Assembly (NCBI GenBank): GCA_964561135.1
Contig: CAZLOB010000022.1
Coordinates: 5,718 to 69,717 of the forward strand
DNA from: an uncultured Elusimicrobia bacterium
GTDB taxonomy: Bacteria; Elusimicrobiota; Endomicrobiia; DTEH01
Direction of reading: 5' to 3'
DNA: 64,000 bases
The position numbers were made by a program, and so were the translations under genes. Shown here in pieces: positions 31,591 to 42,185 of the stretch. The notes beneath the pieces were generated by a model. It had not been told where the DNA came from. It was given only the letters and a program-made list of their open reading frames with translations, and did not search any database. How positions within the stretch are numbered: the stretch's first letter is position 1; each line of letters starts with the position of its first letter.

Positions 31591-31907
31591 ATGTATCTCT
31601 CTATAAGTTCAATATACTCTTTTTTATTCCTTACTCCTGTAACTTGTTCAACTGGTTTACCATCTTTAAAAATTATTACAGTGGGAATAGCCATAATACC
31701 ATATTTTGCTGCGATTTGTGGGTTTTCATCTACATTTAATTTATAAATTTTTATTTTTTGTTCGTCGTATTCCTTTGCAAGTTCTTCAATAATAGGTGTT
31801 AACATACGGCATGGACCACACCACTGTGCCCAAAAATCTACTAATACAGGAGTTTTTGAGTTTAACACTTTCTCAACAAAATCTTTATCATTTATTTCTT
31901 CCACCAT
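31587..31907 (-). CDS. trxA: Thioredoxin
   Basis: The 106-aa protein has the WCGPC active site and a classic thioredoxin length. Confidence 0.85.
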   Translation of the reverse strand: MVEEINDKDFVEKVLNSKTPVLVDFWAQWCGPCRMLTPIIEELAKEYDEQKIKIYKLNVDENPQIAAKYGIMAIPTVIIFKDGKPVEQVTGVRNKKEYIELIERYI

Positions 31908-31956
31908 AGTGCTTTTAAACCTCCTTATTGTAATTTTATTATAATTTTGTTAATTT

Positions 31957-31965
31957 TGATATAAT
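31957..31965 (+). promoter_or_regulatory. Putative extended -10 promoter (TGaTATAAT) upstream of comFC, in the divergent trxA/comFC intergenic region
   Basis: TGATATAAT matches the TGnTATAAT consensus about 40 nt upstream of the comFC ATG. The region is very AT-rich, so specificity is low. Confidence 0.3.
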
Positions 31966-32006
31966 ATATCTAAATCAAAAAATATTTTCAATAAAAAACA
32001 AAAATA

Positions 32007-32741
32007 ATGAACTTTATAAAAAAATTTTTTGAATTATTCATTTACAGTTTTTTTCCAAAAATATGTTTTTATTGCAATAAACCAATTGATTATTTTTCTA
32101 ACTTGCCTTTATGCAACAATTGTGTCAACAAAATAAAAATTATCGATGGACTCGTATGTGACAAGTGTGGTCTTCCATTATACAGTGGGGGAAAATTTTG
32201 TTATAACTGTAGAAAACAAGAAAGAAAATTTTATTTTGATTTTGTCCGTGGTGTGGTTGAGTACAGAGAACCAATAAAAACATTAATTCATGAATTTAAA
32301 TATAACAAAAAAACATTCCTTGTTTCTTTCTTAAGCAATATTTTCACAAAAGGATATGAAAAAGAATTTAAGAATATAAAAATTGATATTGTATGTTGTG
32401 TCCCAATGCATAGAATAAAAAAGTTTTTACGCGGGTTTAACCAAGCAGAACTTCTTGCTAAAGTTTTAGCAAAAAAATTTTATCTAAACTTCATTCCAGA
32501 TCTCTTAATAAGAAAAAAATATACTGTTTCACAATTCAAACTTTCACAACAAAAACGTATTGAAAATGTCAAAGATGCGTTTGAAATAAATCATAAATTT
32601 GAAAACATAATAAAAGAAAAAAATGTTTTAATAATTGATGATGTTTGTACCACTGCTGAAACAATTAATCAATGTGCAAAAATGTTAAAAAAACATAAAG
32701 CAAAAAATGTTTATGGTTTTGTTTTAGCAAGAGATATATAA
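32007..32741 (+). CDS. comFC: ComF family protein (ComFC-like phosphoribosyltransferase with N-terminal zinc finger)
   Basis: The N-terminal 4-Cys pairs are CFYC..CNNC...CDKCGLP...CYNC. The C-terminus has a PRTase-type motif (LIIDDVCTTAET). Confidence 0.7.
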   Translation: MNFIKKFFELFIYSFFPKICFYCNKPIDYFSNLPLCNNCVNKIKIIDGLVCDKCGLPLYSGGKFCYNCRKQERKFYFDFVRGVVEYREPIKTLIHEFKYNKKTFLVSFLSNIFTKGYEKEFKNIKIDIVCCVPMHRIKKFLRGFNQAELLAKVLAKKFYLNFIPDLLIRKKYTVSQFKLSQQKRIENVKDAFEINHKFENIIKEKNVLIIDDVCTTAETINQCAKMLKKHKAKNVYGFVLARDI

Positions 32742-32789
32742 CTATGTATTGTTATATCTAACGAAATTTTGTAAAATAATAATAACAAT

Positions 32790-34085
32790 ATGAAACAAAA
32801 AGTGTTTTTTAAAACCTTTGGTTGCCAAATGAATGTTGCTGATTCTGAGTATGTGGCATCTCTGTTAGTTTCTAAAGAAAATTATGAAATAACGCAAAAT
32901 ATAAATGAAGCAGATTTAATAATAGTTAATACTTGCTGTGTGAGAAAACATGCTGAAGATAGAGAAAAGTCGTTTCTTGGACAATTGAAGAAAATAAAAC
33001 TTAAAAACAACTGCAAAATCATTGTTTTAGGCTGTCTTGTACAAAAAGCAAAAAACGAACTTAAAAGACAATTTCCATACATAGACCTATTTATTGGTCC
33101 TACAGAATATGAAAATCTTTGCCAAATTTTAGAAAATGAACTTGATTTTCAAATCACTAATCCACAAATACATATAAACGTGTTCAACAAAACAAGTTGT
33201 TTTGTACCAATAATGAAAGGTTGTAACAATTTTTGTTCATACTGTATTGTACCATATGTAAGAGGTAGGGAAGTCTCTATAGATATAAACAATATTATTA
33301 AAGAGGTCAACTTTTTACTTGACAACGGTGTTAAAGAAATTATACTTATCGGACAGAATGTTAACTCTTATAAATGGGACAACAATGGAAATATTATTAC
33401 ATTTGCAAAACTTTTAGAAAAAGTTGCAACTTTAAATACTGACAAAAAATACTGGGTTCGTTTCTTGACAAATCATCCAAAAGATATGAACTATGAAATT
33501 GTTAAAACAATAAAAACTTATAATAACATTTCACGACATATTCATCTTCCATTACAATCAGGCTCTAACAAGATCTTAGAACTTATGAACAGAAATTACA
33601 CTTTGGAAAAATACAAACAAATTGTAGAAATGATACGTTCTGAAATTCCTGAGATCTCTATAACTACAGACCTTATTGTTGGATTTCCCTACGAAACAGA
33701 AGAAGATTTTAAACAAACACTACAGGCTGTAAAAGATATACAATTTGATGCAGCATTTGTTTTTAAATATTCCCCAAGAGAAGGGACAAAAGCTTATTTA
33801 TTACCTGATAACGTCCCAAAAGAAGTAAAAGAAAAAAGACATGCTGAATTATTGTCTTTATGTGACGGTATCGCTTCTCAAAAAAATAAAAAATATCTTG
33901 AAAAAGAAGTGGAAACATTAATTATTTCGCAAAACTTTAAACATGCAAAAAGTTATTATATCGGCAAAACTTTAGAAAACAAAACTGTTGAAATTATAAC
34001 AAAAAAAACTGGACTAGTAGGCAATTTTGTGAAAACAAAAATAAAAGAAGTAAAACTACATACTTTGATTGGTGAGCTGAGTTAA
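32790..34085 (+). CDS. miaB: Radical-SAM methylthiotransferase, MiaB family (tRNA i6A 2-methylthiolation; MiaB/RimO/MtaB subclass uncertain)
   Basis: An MTTase N-terminal domain (FKTFGCQMN) is followed by the radical SAM motif CSYCIVPYVRG and a C-terminal TRAM domain. Length is 431 aa. Confidence 0.7.
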   Translation: MKQKVFFKTFGCQMNVADSEYVASLLVSKENYEITQNINEADLIIVNTCCVRKHAEDREKSFLGQLKKIKLKNNCKIIVLGCLVQKAKNELKRQFPYIDLFIGPTEYENLCQILENELDFQITNPQIHINVFNKTSCFVPIMKGCNNFCSYCIVPYVRGREVSIDINNIIKEVNFLLDNGVKEIILIGQNVNSYKWDNNGNIITFAKLLEKVATLNTDKKYWVRFLTNHPKDMNYEIVKTIKTYNNISRHIHLPLQSGSNKILELMNRNYTLEKYKQIVEMIRSEIPEISITTDLIVGFPYETEEDFKQTLQAVKDIQFDAAFVFKYSPREGTKAYLLPDNVPKEVKEKRHAELLSLCDGIASQKNKKYLEKEVETLIISQNFKHAKSYYIGKTLENKTVEIITKKTGLVGNFVKTKIKEVKLHTLIGELS

Positions 34086-34086
34086 T

Positions 34087-36789
34087 ATGAAAGAATTACA
34101 AGAAATTAATCTTACACCTTTAATGAAACAATACCACCAAATAAAACAACAATATAAAGATTGTATACTAATGTTTCGTCTAGGCGATTTTTATGAAATG
34201 TTTGGTGAAGATGCGATAAAATCAGCGCCTGTTTTAGGTGTTGTTTTAACAAAGAGGCAAGGGGTACCAATGTGTGGTGTCCCATTCCACAGTGTTAACA
34301 ACTATATCTCAAAACTTCTTAATTGTGGATTCAAAGTTGCTATATGTGAACAAGTCGAAGATCCAAAACTTGCAAAAGGTGTAGTTAAAAGAGAAGTGGT
34401 AAGAGTTATAACTCCAGGAACAATTATTGAAGAAAATCTTCTTGATGCTAAAAAAAATAATTTCTTGACTTCTATAAATTTTGCTTTTGTCAAAAACAAA
34501 CTTTGTTTTGGTATTGCTAATGTTGATATTTCAACAGGTGATTTTTTAGTCACTCAATTTGAAGACCAAAATAGTTCCAAAATTATAGATGAGTTAATCA
34601 GGATCTCACCTTCTGAAATTGTTGCAAAAGAAACACAAAAAGAAGAAATTATCAAAATTGTAAAACAATACAAAGAAGTACATATAGAATTTTTAGAAGA
34701 TTGGTTCTTTGATGTATTAACAGCTGTAGAAAGAATTAAAGAGTATTATAAAATTTATTCTCTTGAAACATTTGGACTTGATATGACGAAACATGCAATT
34801 TTATTATCTTCTGTAGGCGGGTTATTAGAATACTTAAATAGGACACAAAAAAAATTGATACCAAAATTAAAAGGAATAAAATTTTATAACTTAGATGACT
34901 ACTTGTTTATGGACAGCAGCTGTATAAGAAATTTGGAGTTAGTAGAAAATCTTTATGATAGGACACAAAAAAATACTTTACTTGATGTTATCGACAAAAC
35001 ACAGACAGCCCAAGGTGCAAGATTATTACGAAGTTGGTTATTAAAACCATTAAAAGATGTAAAAGAAATTAATAATCGTTTATTAATTGTAGAAATGTTT
35101 TATAACGATGATACAAACAGACAAAAACTCAAAGATATTCTACGAAACATAGCAGATATTGAAAGAATAACAAATAGAATCACATCAAAAAATGCAACAC
35201 CAAAGGATCTTATCACACTAAAAGAATCTTTAGAATTAATACCTGAAATTAAAACATTATTACAACATATAATAAATTCTCAATTTGTTTTAAAACTTGA
35301 CGAACTACACAAAATGATCGATATTCCCGAATTAGAAGAAGTTAAACAACTTATAGAAAATAGTATAGTACCGGACGCGCCTACTGATATAAAAAAAGGA
35401 GGAGTTATCAAAAAAGGGTTTAATAAAGAACTTGATGAAATTAGAGAACTTTATTCTTCATCAAAAGAATGGTTGTTAAACTATCAAGAAGAACAACGAC
35501 GAAAAACACAAATACAGTCATTAAAAGTTGGATATACTTCTGTCTTCGGGTATTATATAGAAGTTACAAAATCTAATTTACATCTAATACCAAAAGAATA
35601 CATTAGGAAACAAACATTGAAAAATGCAGAACGGTTCACAACGCCTGAATTACAAGATTTTGAAAACAAAATCCTTTCAGCTGAAGAAAAAATTTTAAAT
35701 CTAGAAGAATATCTTTTCAATTCTGTAGTTGAACAAGTTGGACAATATGCTGAACAACTATATGAAGTAAGTTATAAGATAGCTTTAATAGATGTGTTTA
35801 GTAACCTTGCTGAAGTTGCAAAAAGAAATAATTATAAAAAACCTATTGTAGATGATTCATATATTATTGAATTAAAATCTTGTCGTCATCCTATAGTAGA
35901 ACAAATATTGCCTTACGGAAAGTTTATACCAAATGATGTATACCTTGACGGAGACAATGTAAAACTTATAATTTTAACAGGTCCTAATATGGCTGGAAAA
36001 TCAACTTATATAAGACAGGTTGCGTTGTGCACAATCTTAGCACAAATGGGAAGTTTTGTGCCAGCTGAATATTCACGTATAGGTGTTGTGGACAAAATTT
36101 TTGCTCGTATAGGTGCAGCTGATTATTTAGCAAAAGGATTGTCAACATTTATGGTTGAAATGCAAGAAACTGCTAATATACTTCATAATGCTACTGATAG
36201 AAGTTTGATAATTTTAGACGAAGTTGGACGTGGGACATCAACTTATGATGGTATCTCTATTGCTTGGGCTGTGATAGAATATCTTGTTAACAAACAAAAT
36301 TGGCCGAATAAAACCCATTGCCCTAAAACTTTGTTTGCTACACATTATTTTGAACTTACAGAACTTGAACAAAGGTATACTGGGATTAAAAATTTTAATG
36401 TTGCTGTTAAAGAATATAAAGACGAAATTGTATTTTTGTACAAAGTTATTGAAGGTTGTTCAGATAAATCTTATGGAATACATGTAGCAAAACTTGCTGG
36501 TATACCACAACAAGTTGTTAACCGGGCAAATATATTATTAAAATATTTACTTAACGCTGCTGCAAACATTGATAAAGCAACCAAATCTAAAAGTGTACAA
36601 CTACAACTAATCCATATTACTGAACAAAAAGAACAAGAAAAAAATTTTTTTAATGAAATATTGGTAAATCTAAAAAAAATTGATATAAACAAAATTACAC
36701 CATTAGATGCGTTTAATTTGTTACTACAATGGAAAAAAATGATAGAACAAAATACACAGGACCGGAACGACGAAAATATAAACGGTTAA
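34087..36789 (+). CDS. mutS: DNA mismatch repair protein MutS
   Basis: The 900-aa protein has an N-terminal mismatch-binding motif (GDFYEMFGEDA), Walker A GPNMAGKST, and DE(V)GRGTSTYDG. Confidence 0.9.
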   Translation: MKELQEINLTPLMKQYHQIKQQYKDCILMFRLGDFYEMFGEDAIKSAPVLGVVLTKRQGVPMCGVPFHSVNNYISKLLNCGFKVAICEQVEDPKLAKGVVKREVVRVITPGTIIEENLLDAKKNNFLTSINFAFVKNKLCFGIANVDISTGDFLVTQFEDQNSSKIIDELIRISPSEIVAKETQKEEIIKIVKQYKEVHIEFLEDWFFDVLTAVERIKEYYKIYSLETFGLDMTKHAILLSSVGGLLEYLNRTQKKLIPKLKGIKFYNLDDYLFMDSSCIRNLELVENLYDRTQKNTLLDVIDKTQTAQGARLLRSWLLKPLKDVKEINNRLLIVEMFYNDDTNRQKLKDILRNIADIERITNRITSKNATPKDLITLKESLELIPEIKTLLQHIINSQFVLKLDELHKMIDIPELEEVKQLIENSIVPDAPTDIKKGGVIKKGFNKELDEIRELYSSSKEWLLNYQEEQRRKTQIQSLKVGYTSVFGYYIEVTKSNLHLIPKEYIRKQTLKNAERFTTPELQDFENKILSAEEKILNLEEYLFNSVVEQVGQYAEQLYEVSYKIALIDVFSNLAEVAKRNNYKKPIVDDSYIIELKSCRHPIVEQILPYGKFIPNDVYLDGDNVKLIILTGPNMAGKSTYIRQVALCTILAQMGSFVPAEYSRIGVVDKIFARIGAADYLAKGLSTFMVEMQETANILHNATDRSLIILDEVGRGTSTYDGISIAWAVIEYLVNKQNWPNKTHCPKTLFATHYFELTELEQRYTGIKNFNVAVKEYKDEIVFLYKVIEGCSDKSYGIHVAKLAGIPQQVVNRANILLKYLLNAAANIDKATKSKSVQLQLIHITEQKEQEKNFFNEILVNLKKIDINKITPLDAFNLLLQWKKMIEQNTQDRNDENING

Positions 36790-37100
36790 AAATTTTTCAT
36801 CTTTCTATACCCATAGTCCTAAAAACTAATACTGAAGATTTATCATTTCCAGGGATACTTTTAGACATCTCTGCTAATGGGATAGGAATTCTTACTTTTA
36901 AAGAAATACCTGTTAACACTATTGTCAATTTACAAATTAATTTACATCAGATAAAAACTGATTGTATTAAAGCAAAAGTTGTATGGACAAAACAATTAGA
37001 TAAAACATATAGAGCTGGGTTACAATTTATAGAAATTTCAAAGAAAGATTTTGAACAAATATCAGATTATGTTGAACAACATCTAATGGAAGATTTTTGA
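36729..37100 (+). CDS. PilZ domain protein (predicted c-di-GMP receptor)
   Basis: Both PilZ signature motifs are present: RRxxxR (ERRKYKR) near the N-terminus and DxSxxG (DISANG). It overlaps the mutS 3' end by ~60 nt in another frame, and its stop overlaps the mutL start. Confidence 0.7.
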   Translation: MEKNDRTKYTGPERRKYKRLKIFHLSIPIVLKTNTEDLSFPGILLDISANGIGILTFKEIPVNTIVNLQINLHQIKTDCIKAKVVWTKQLDKTYRAGLQFIEISKKDFEQISDYVEQHLMEDF

Positions 37101-38818
37101 CTATGACCAAAATTAAGATCTTACCACCTGAGGTTTATACACGTATCGCAGCAGGTGAAGTTGTTGAACGACCATCTAATGTTGTCAAAGAACTTGTAGA
37201 AAATAGTATTGATGCTAACGCCACTGAAATAACAATAGAAATTGTTTCTTCTGGAAGGAAACTTATTCGTGTAGCAGATAACGGTTGCGGTATGACAAAA
37301 GATGATCTGTTATTATCAGTTAAACCACATGCTACAAGTAAAATAGAAAAATTTGAAGATATATATAGTTTAACAACTTTAGGATTTCGTGGAGAAGCCT
37401 TAGCTTCAATTTCAAATGTTTCTAAACTTACAATTATTTCAAAAACAGAAGAACAACCTCTCGGATACCAAATCGTTGTTCATGGTGGAGAAATTATATC
37501 AGTAAAAGAATGTTCATGTAATAAAGGAACGATTGTTGAAGTTAAAGATTTGTTTTACAACACTCCTGCAAGACTTAAATTTTTAAAATCTGATTATACA
37601 GAAAAAGTACATGTTACACGTACTGTTGAAGAATATGCAATTGCCTATCCTGAAATTTCGTTTAAGTTCTATTCAGATAACGAACTTGTCTTTTCAACAG
37701 AAGCTACCACAAAACTTGTTAGTAGATTAAAAGATATTATAAAAAAAGATATTGTGAAAGACATGTTATACATTGCTCATACTGAAGATAACATTTGTAT
37801 CTACGGATTTATAACACCGATAGAATTTACACAAGTTAACAAATCTTTACAAATGTTTTATGTTAACAAAAGACCCGTTACTTTACGTATTTTATCACAA
37901 GCGTTATATGATGCATACAGGGATAGTTTACCTACTGGTAGACATCCTGGAGCGGTTATTTTTATCAATATCTCGTCAGATTTGATTGATGTTAATGTAC
38001 ATCCAACAAAACGTGTTATAAAGTTTAAAGATGAAGATTATGTATATGAAACACTTAAAAATTTGTTCAAAAAAACATTAAAAGAATATTACACTAAAAC
38101 ATATAAAATTGAAACTGGACAACCAATACAAACTTTAACAATAACACAAAAAGAAAAACAACTAACAGAAACAAAAGTTGAACAAAAACAAACAGAGTTG
38201 GAATTACGGTATGAACAACCTATTTTAAACTATGAAAAACTTGGACTACAAAATTTTGTATATTTGGGTCAACTACATAGAACATATCTGTTGTTTGAAA
38301 CACAAGAAGGTTTGTTATTAATAGACCAACATGCAGCAAGTGAACGTATACTTTTTGAAAAATTTATGAAATCAAAAAATGTCCAAATACAGAAATTGCT
38401 TATTCCATTAAATATAGAACTAAAACCCTCAGATTTTGAATCTATAAAGCCATATATAGACCTACTTAATACTTTAGGGTTTGAAGTAACAATTTCTGGT
38501 AAGAGTTCAATAGGGTTTGCTAGTATTCCATCATTATTCAATATACAAGATGTGAAAGATTTTATTCTAAGATTTATAGAAAATCTTATGGAAGATATAA
38601 AAAATGAAATTAATAATGTTACTCCTAAAGAAAAAATTATCCGTAGTGCATGTCGTGCTGCAATAAAAGCTAATGAACTATTAGCAATATCTGAAGTTAA
38701 TGCTTTAATATCAGATTTGTCTAATTGTGAACAACCTTTTTTTTGTCCTCATGGTAGACCTACTATAATCAAACTTGAGTTAGAAAAAATTGAAAAACTT
38801 TTTTCACGACGTAAATGA
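37097..38818 (+). CDS. mutL: DNA mismatch repair protein MutL
   Basis: GHKL ATPase motifs (ELVENSIDA, DNGCGM, GFRGEAL) are present with a C-terminal dimerisation domain. The C-terminal region CPHGRP resembles the MutL endonuclease-type zinc motif. Confidence 0.85.
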   Translation: MTMTKIKILPPEVYTRIAAGEVVERPSNVVKELVENSIDANATEITIEIVSSGRKLIRVADNGCGMTKDDLLLSVKPHATSKIEKFEDIYSLTTLGFRGEALASISNVSKLTIISKTEEQPLGYQIVVHGGEIISVKECSCNKGTIVEVKDLFYNTPARLKFLKSDYTEKVHVTRTVEEYAIAYPEISFKFYSDNELVFSTEATTKLVSRLKDIIKKDIVKDMLYIAHTEDNICIYGFITPIEFTQVNKSLQMFYVNKRPVTLRILSQALYDAYRDSLPTGRHPGAVIFINISSDLIDVNVHPTKRVIKFKDEDYVYETLKNLFKKTLKEYYTKTYKIETGQPIQTLTITQKEKQLTETKVEQKQTELELRYEQPILNYEKLGLQNFVYLGQLHRTYLLFETQEGLLLIDQHAASERILFEKFMKSKNVQIQKLLIPLNIELKPSDFESIKPYIDLLNTLGFEVTISGKSSIGFASIPSLFNIQDVKDFILRFIENLMEDIKNEINNVTPKEKIIRSACRAAIKANELLAISEVNALISDLSNCEQPFFCPHGRPTIIKLELEKIEKLFSRRK

Positions 38819-39762
38819 ACAACAAAGTTGTTCTCATTGTTGGACCAACAGCTTCAGGGAAAACAGAAGTTGCTGTTGAACTTTGCCAAAAATTACCCGC
38901 TGAAATAATATCAGCTGATTCTAGACAAGTTTATAAATACTTAACAATAGGTACAAACAAACCTGTTGGTGAATGGATTGGGGAGGAATATTTGTATAAA
39001 AACATACCTTACCATTTAGTTGATTTTCTTGAGCCACACTTGTATTACGATGCAAACAGGTTTTATACTGACGCTTCATCTTTAATCAATAGAATTTGGT
39101 CAAAAAATAAAATCCCCATTGTTGTTGGTGGGACAGGGTTATATATCAAAACAATTACCGAAGGGATCACTATATTACCTAAAAAAAATGAGAAAATAAG
39201 AAATTACTTAACACAGCTTGCAATATTGTATGGAAAAAACTATCTTTATAATATGCTTAAAACTTATGACCCACAACGGGCAAAAGAAATACATCCAAAT
39301 AATACACAAAGAATAATACGTTCATTAGAAATTATTCTTCAAACAGGTAAACCTTTTACACAAATTGTTTCAGAAAATCCTAAAACAAAATCTTATGATA
39401 CAATTATCTTTGGTCTTTATTATGATAAAAAAACTTTGTTTCACAAAGTCACTGAACGTACAAAACAAATGTTTCAAATTGGTATCGTAGAAGAAACAAA
39501 ACAACTTTTAGCAAAAGGTATTAAGGAAACATCTCCTGCGTTTAGTTCTATAGGTTACCATTGGGTAATAAAATATATAAACCACGAAATCTCGTTGGAA
39601 GAAACACAAAAAAATTTTATCAAAGATACTATGGACTACATTAAACGACAATTAGTATGGTTTAAAAAAGATAAAAACATACAATGGATAAACTGTGAAG
39701 ATATGTCAATAAAACACATTGTGGAATATATTTATGAAATAATATCAAAAATTTGTTTCTAA
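38815..39762 (+). CDS. miaA: tRNA dimethylallyltransferase
   Basis: The P-loop is GPTASGKT, and the IPT-family motif ISADSRQVY is present. Confidence 0.8.
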   Translation: MNNKVVLIVGPTASGKTEVAVELCQKLPAEIISADSRQVYKYLTIGTNKPVGEWIGEEYLYKNIPYHLVDFLEPHLYYDANRFYTDASSLINRIWSKNKIPIVVGGTGLYIKTITEGITILPKKNEKIRNYLTQLAILYGKNYLYNMLKTYDPQRAKEIHPNNTQRIIRSLEIILQTGKPFTQIVSENPKTKSYDTIIFGLYYDKKTLFHKVTERTKQMFQIGIVEETKQLLAKGIKETSPAFSSIGYHWVIKYINHEISLEETQKNFIKDTMDYIKRQLVWFKKDKNIQWINCEDMSIKHIVEYIYEIISKICF

Positions 39763-39777
39763 ACAACTTATAATGCT

Positions 39778-41058
39778 ATGGAAAAAGTTGTCACTGTAGG
39801 AACAGTTTTAAAATCTGCTGGGAAAAAAGCTATTGAAGAAGAAAAAAAGTCTTTAGAAGAACTAAAAAATCTAGTTGCTACTGCGAATGGTATTGTGATA
39901 AAATCTTTTTTAGTAAAACGTGATAAAATTGACCCTGCTTATTACATCGGGAGAGGAAAAGCAGAAGAAATTAATGATTTTATTGTCCAAAACAATATTC
40001 GTACAGTTGTTTTTGATAACGAACTTTCTCCTGCACAAATAAAAAATTTAGAAGAAGTAATATCAGCAAAAATTGTAGATAGAACAAGGTTAATACTTGA
40101 CATTTTTGCACAACGAGCACATACAAAAGAAGCACAACTCCAAGTAGAACTTGCTCAACTTCAATATATGCTACCACGTCTCACTCAAAAAGGTATCTAT
40201 ATGGACAACCAAGTAGGTGGGATAGGTACAAGGGGACCCGGAGAAACAAAACTTGAATATGACAGACGTAAAATTATGCAACGTATCGAAAAAATAAAAG
40301 AAGAACTTAAAAAAGTTGTTGTTGCACGAAATGAACAAAAAAAGTTAAGAATGGAAACAAATATACCTTTAATAGCGTTAGTAGGTTACACTAATGTTGG
40401 TAAATCAACATTGTTTAACACTATTCTTAAATCTTCTTCTGCATATACAGATGACAAACTTTTTGCAACTTTAGACCCGTTAATAAGAAAAGTAGTCCTT
40501 CCTACAAAAGAAGAATTTTTGCTTGTAGACACTGTAGGGTTTATAAATAAACTGCCACATCATTTAGTAGAAAGTTTTAAGTCAACTTTAGAAATTGTTA
40601 AAGATGCAACATTATTATTAGAAATTATTGACATAACTGACGAAGATTATCATAAAAAAGAACTATTAGTAAAAAAAATTTTGGAAGAACTAAACGCAGA
40701 TAAAATTCCTATTATAAAAGTTTACAATAAAATCGATCTCTTAGATGAAAGATTACAAAAGGTATATATAAAAAAATTAAACAAAGAAAAGACAAGTGTT
40801 GTTATTTCAGCAAAGACAGGTTTTGGAATCGAAAAATTACTCAAAAAAATACTTTTCTTTATTGGACAAAATTATGTTACAAAAACAATAAATGTTCCTA
40901 ATAAATATTTTGAACTCTTGAATTTTATTAACAAACATTGCAAAGTAATTTCTTATAATATAAACCACAATCTATTAAATATAAAAATTTCAACAACAAA
41001 AGAAATTTATAATAAAATAATAAAAATGCTAAATGAATACACTGTTCACAATACCTAA
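39778..41058 (+). CDS. hflX: GTPase HflX
   Basis: The HflX N-terminal domain precedes G-domain motifs: G1 GYTNVGKST, G3 DTVGF, G4 NKID. Confidence 0.85.
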   Translation: MEKVVTVGTVLKSAGKKAIEEEKKSLEELKNLVATANGIVIKSFLVKRDKIDPAYYIGRGKAEEINDFIVQNNIRTVVFDNELSPAQIKNLEEVISAKIVDRTRLILDIFAQRAHTKEAQLQVELAQLQYMLPRLTQKGIYMDNQVGGIGTRGPGETKLEYDRRKIMQRIEKIKEELKKVVVARNEQKKLRMETNIPLIALVGYTNVGKSTLFNTILKSSSAYTDDKLFATLDPLIRKVVLPTKEEFLLVDTVGFINKLPHHLVESFKSTLEIVKDATLLLEIIDITDEDYHKKELLVKKILEELNADKIPIIKVYNKIDLLDERLQKVYIKKLNKEKTSVVISAKTGFGIEKLLKKILFFIGQNYVTKTINVPNKYFELLNFINKHCKVISYNINHNLLNIKISTTKEIYNKIIKMLNEYTVHNT

Positions 41059-41578
41059 TTTGTTGTCTATATTACGAATGTGTTTTACATTTTTATTTGT
41101 TCACAGTTTGTTGAATGATAAAATTACTAAATCTATTCTATTTTTAAGTATATGTATTCTTACTGACTTTCTTGATGGATTTTTTGCACGTGTCTTTAAA
41201 CAGAAAACAAAAATAGGTGTTTTATTAGACCCGCTTGCTGATAAAGTTTTAGTTATATCAACATTAATAGTTTTAATGGTAAAAAACTATTTACCATGGT
41301 GGTTCTTTAGTATAATAATTATACGAGAAACGTTAGTTATCGCAGGCTGGATCGTTACATACCAACATACACCACAATCTTTTCCAAAACCACGTTTCTT
41401 AGGAAAAGTTTCAATAGCATTGTTAATGATAACTTTAATAATCGTAGTTTTAAATATCCATCTACAATACGAAATTGTTTCTGATATAATAAATGAACTA
41501 TTTTTTTTAACATCAGTTTTTGTCACAGGTTCTTTGGTTGATTATATTGGATACGCTAGAAAAGTTTTCTCAAAATAA
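41033..41578 (+). CDS. CDP-alcohol phosphatidyltransferase family protein (PgsA-like)
   Basis: The N-terminus PNLLSILR and the conserved D..DG...AR.......G...D...D motif (DFLDGFFAR...GVLLDPLADK) are present, with multi-TM topology. Confidence 0.65.
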   Translation: MNTLFTIPNLLSILRMCFTFLFVHSLLNDKITKSILFLSICILTDFLDGFFARVFKQKTKIGVLLDPLADKVLVISTLIVLMVKNYLPWWFFSIIIIRETLVIAGWIVTYQHTPQSFPKPRFLGKVSIALLMITLIIVVLNIHLQYEIVSDIINELFFLTSVFVTGSLVDYIGYARKVFSK

Positions 41579-41597
41579 AATTTTGTTATAAAAGATA

Positions 41598-42182
41598 ATG
41601 AAAAATTTTATAATATTTTTTTTATCATACATAATTGGTGGTATCCCCACTGCATTTATATTAACTAAAATCTTTAAAGGAGTAGATATACGAACTGTTG
41701 GGTCAAAAAATCCTGGCACAACAAATGTGATACGTACAGCAGGATTTTTGTTAGGAGCAATAACATTTATCATAGATTTTTTGAAAGGAGGAATATCTAT
41801 ATTTATTACAAAAAAATATTTAGGATATGAATTTTTGCCACTAACAATGTTTTTTACCGTGCTTGGGCATACAACATCCCCTTTTCTTTCGTTTAAAGGG
41901 GGAAAAGGTGTTGCAACATTTTTTGGTTCGCTATTTGCAATTTCAACTAATATGTTTATATATAGCTGTATTTGTTTTGCAATTATATTTTTATTAACAC
42001 ATATTGTGTCAATATCTTCTATTGTTTCAGTATTTTTTTTCTTTTGGTATGTGTTGTTAAAAAATCCAGTTGAGTATCAAGACACAAAAATATTTTTTCT
42101 ATTAACAGTCTTATGGATAATCTATAGACACAAGTCAAATATCAAAAGGTTAATATTAAAAGAAGAAAAAAGGTTGTTTTAA
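41598..42182 (+). CDS. plsY: Glycerol-3-phosphate acyltransferase PlsY (acyl-phosphate dependent)
   Basis: The PlsY motifs are GSKNPGTTN and SFKGGKGVAT in a ~194-aa membrane protein. It is adjacent to gpsA. Confidence 0.8.
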   Translation: MKNFIIFFLSYIIGGIPTAFILTKIFKGVDIRTVGSKNPGTTNVIRTAGFLLGAITFIIDFLKGGISIFITKKYLGYEFLPLTMFFTVLGHTTSPFLSFKGGKGVATFFGSLFAISTNMFIYSCICFAIIFLLTHIVSISSIVSVFFFFWYVLLKNPVEYQDTKIFFLLTVLWIIYRHKSNIKRLILKEEKRLF

Positions 42183-42185
42183 AAT

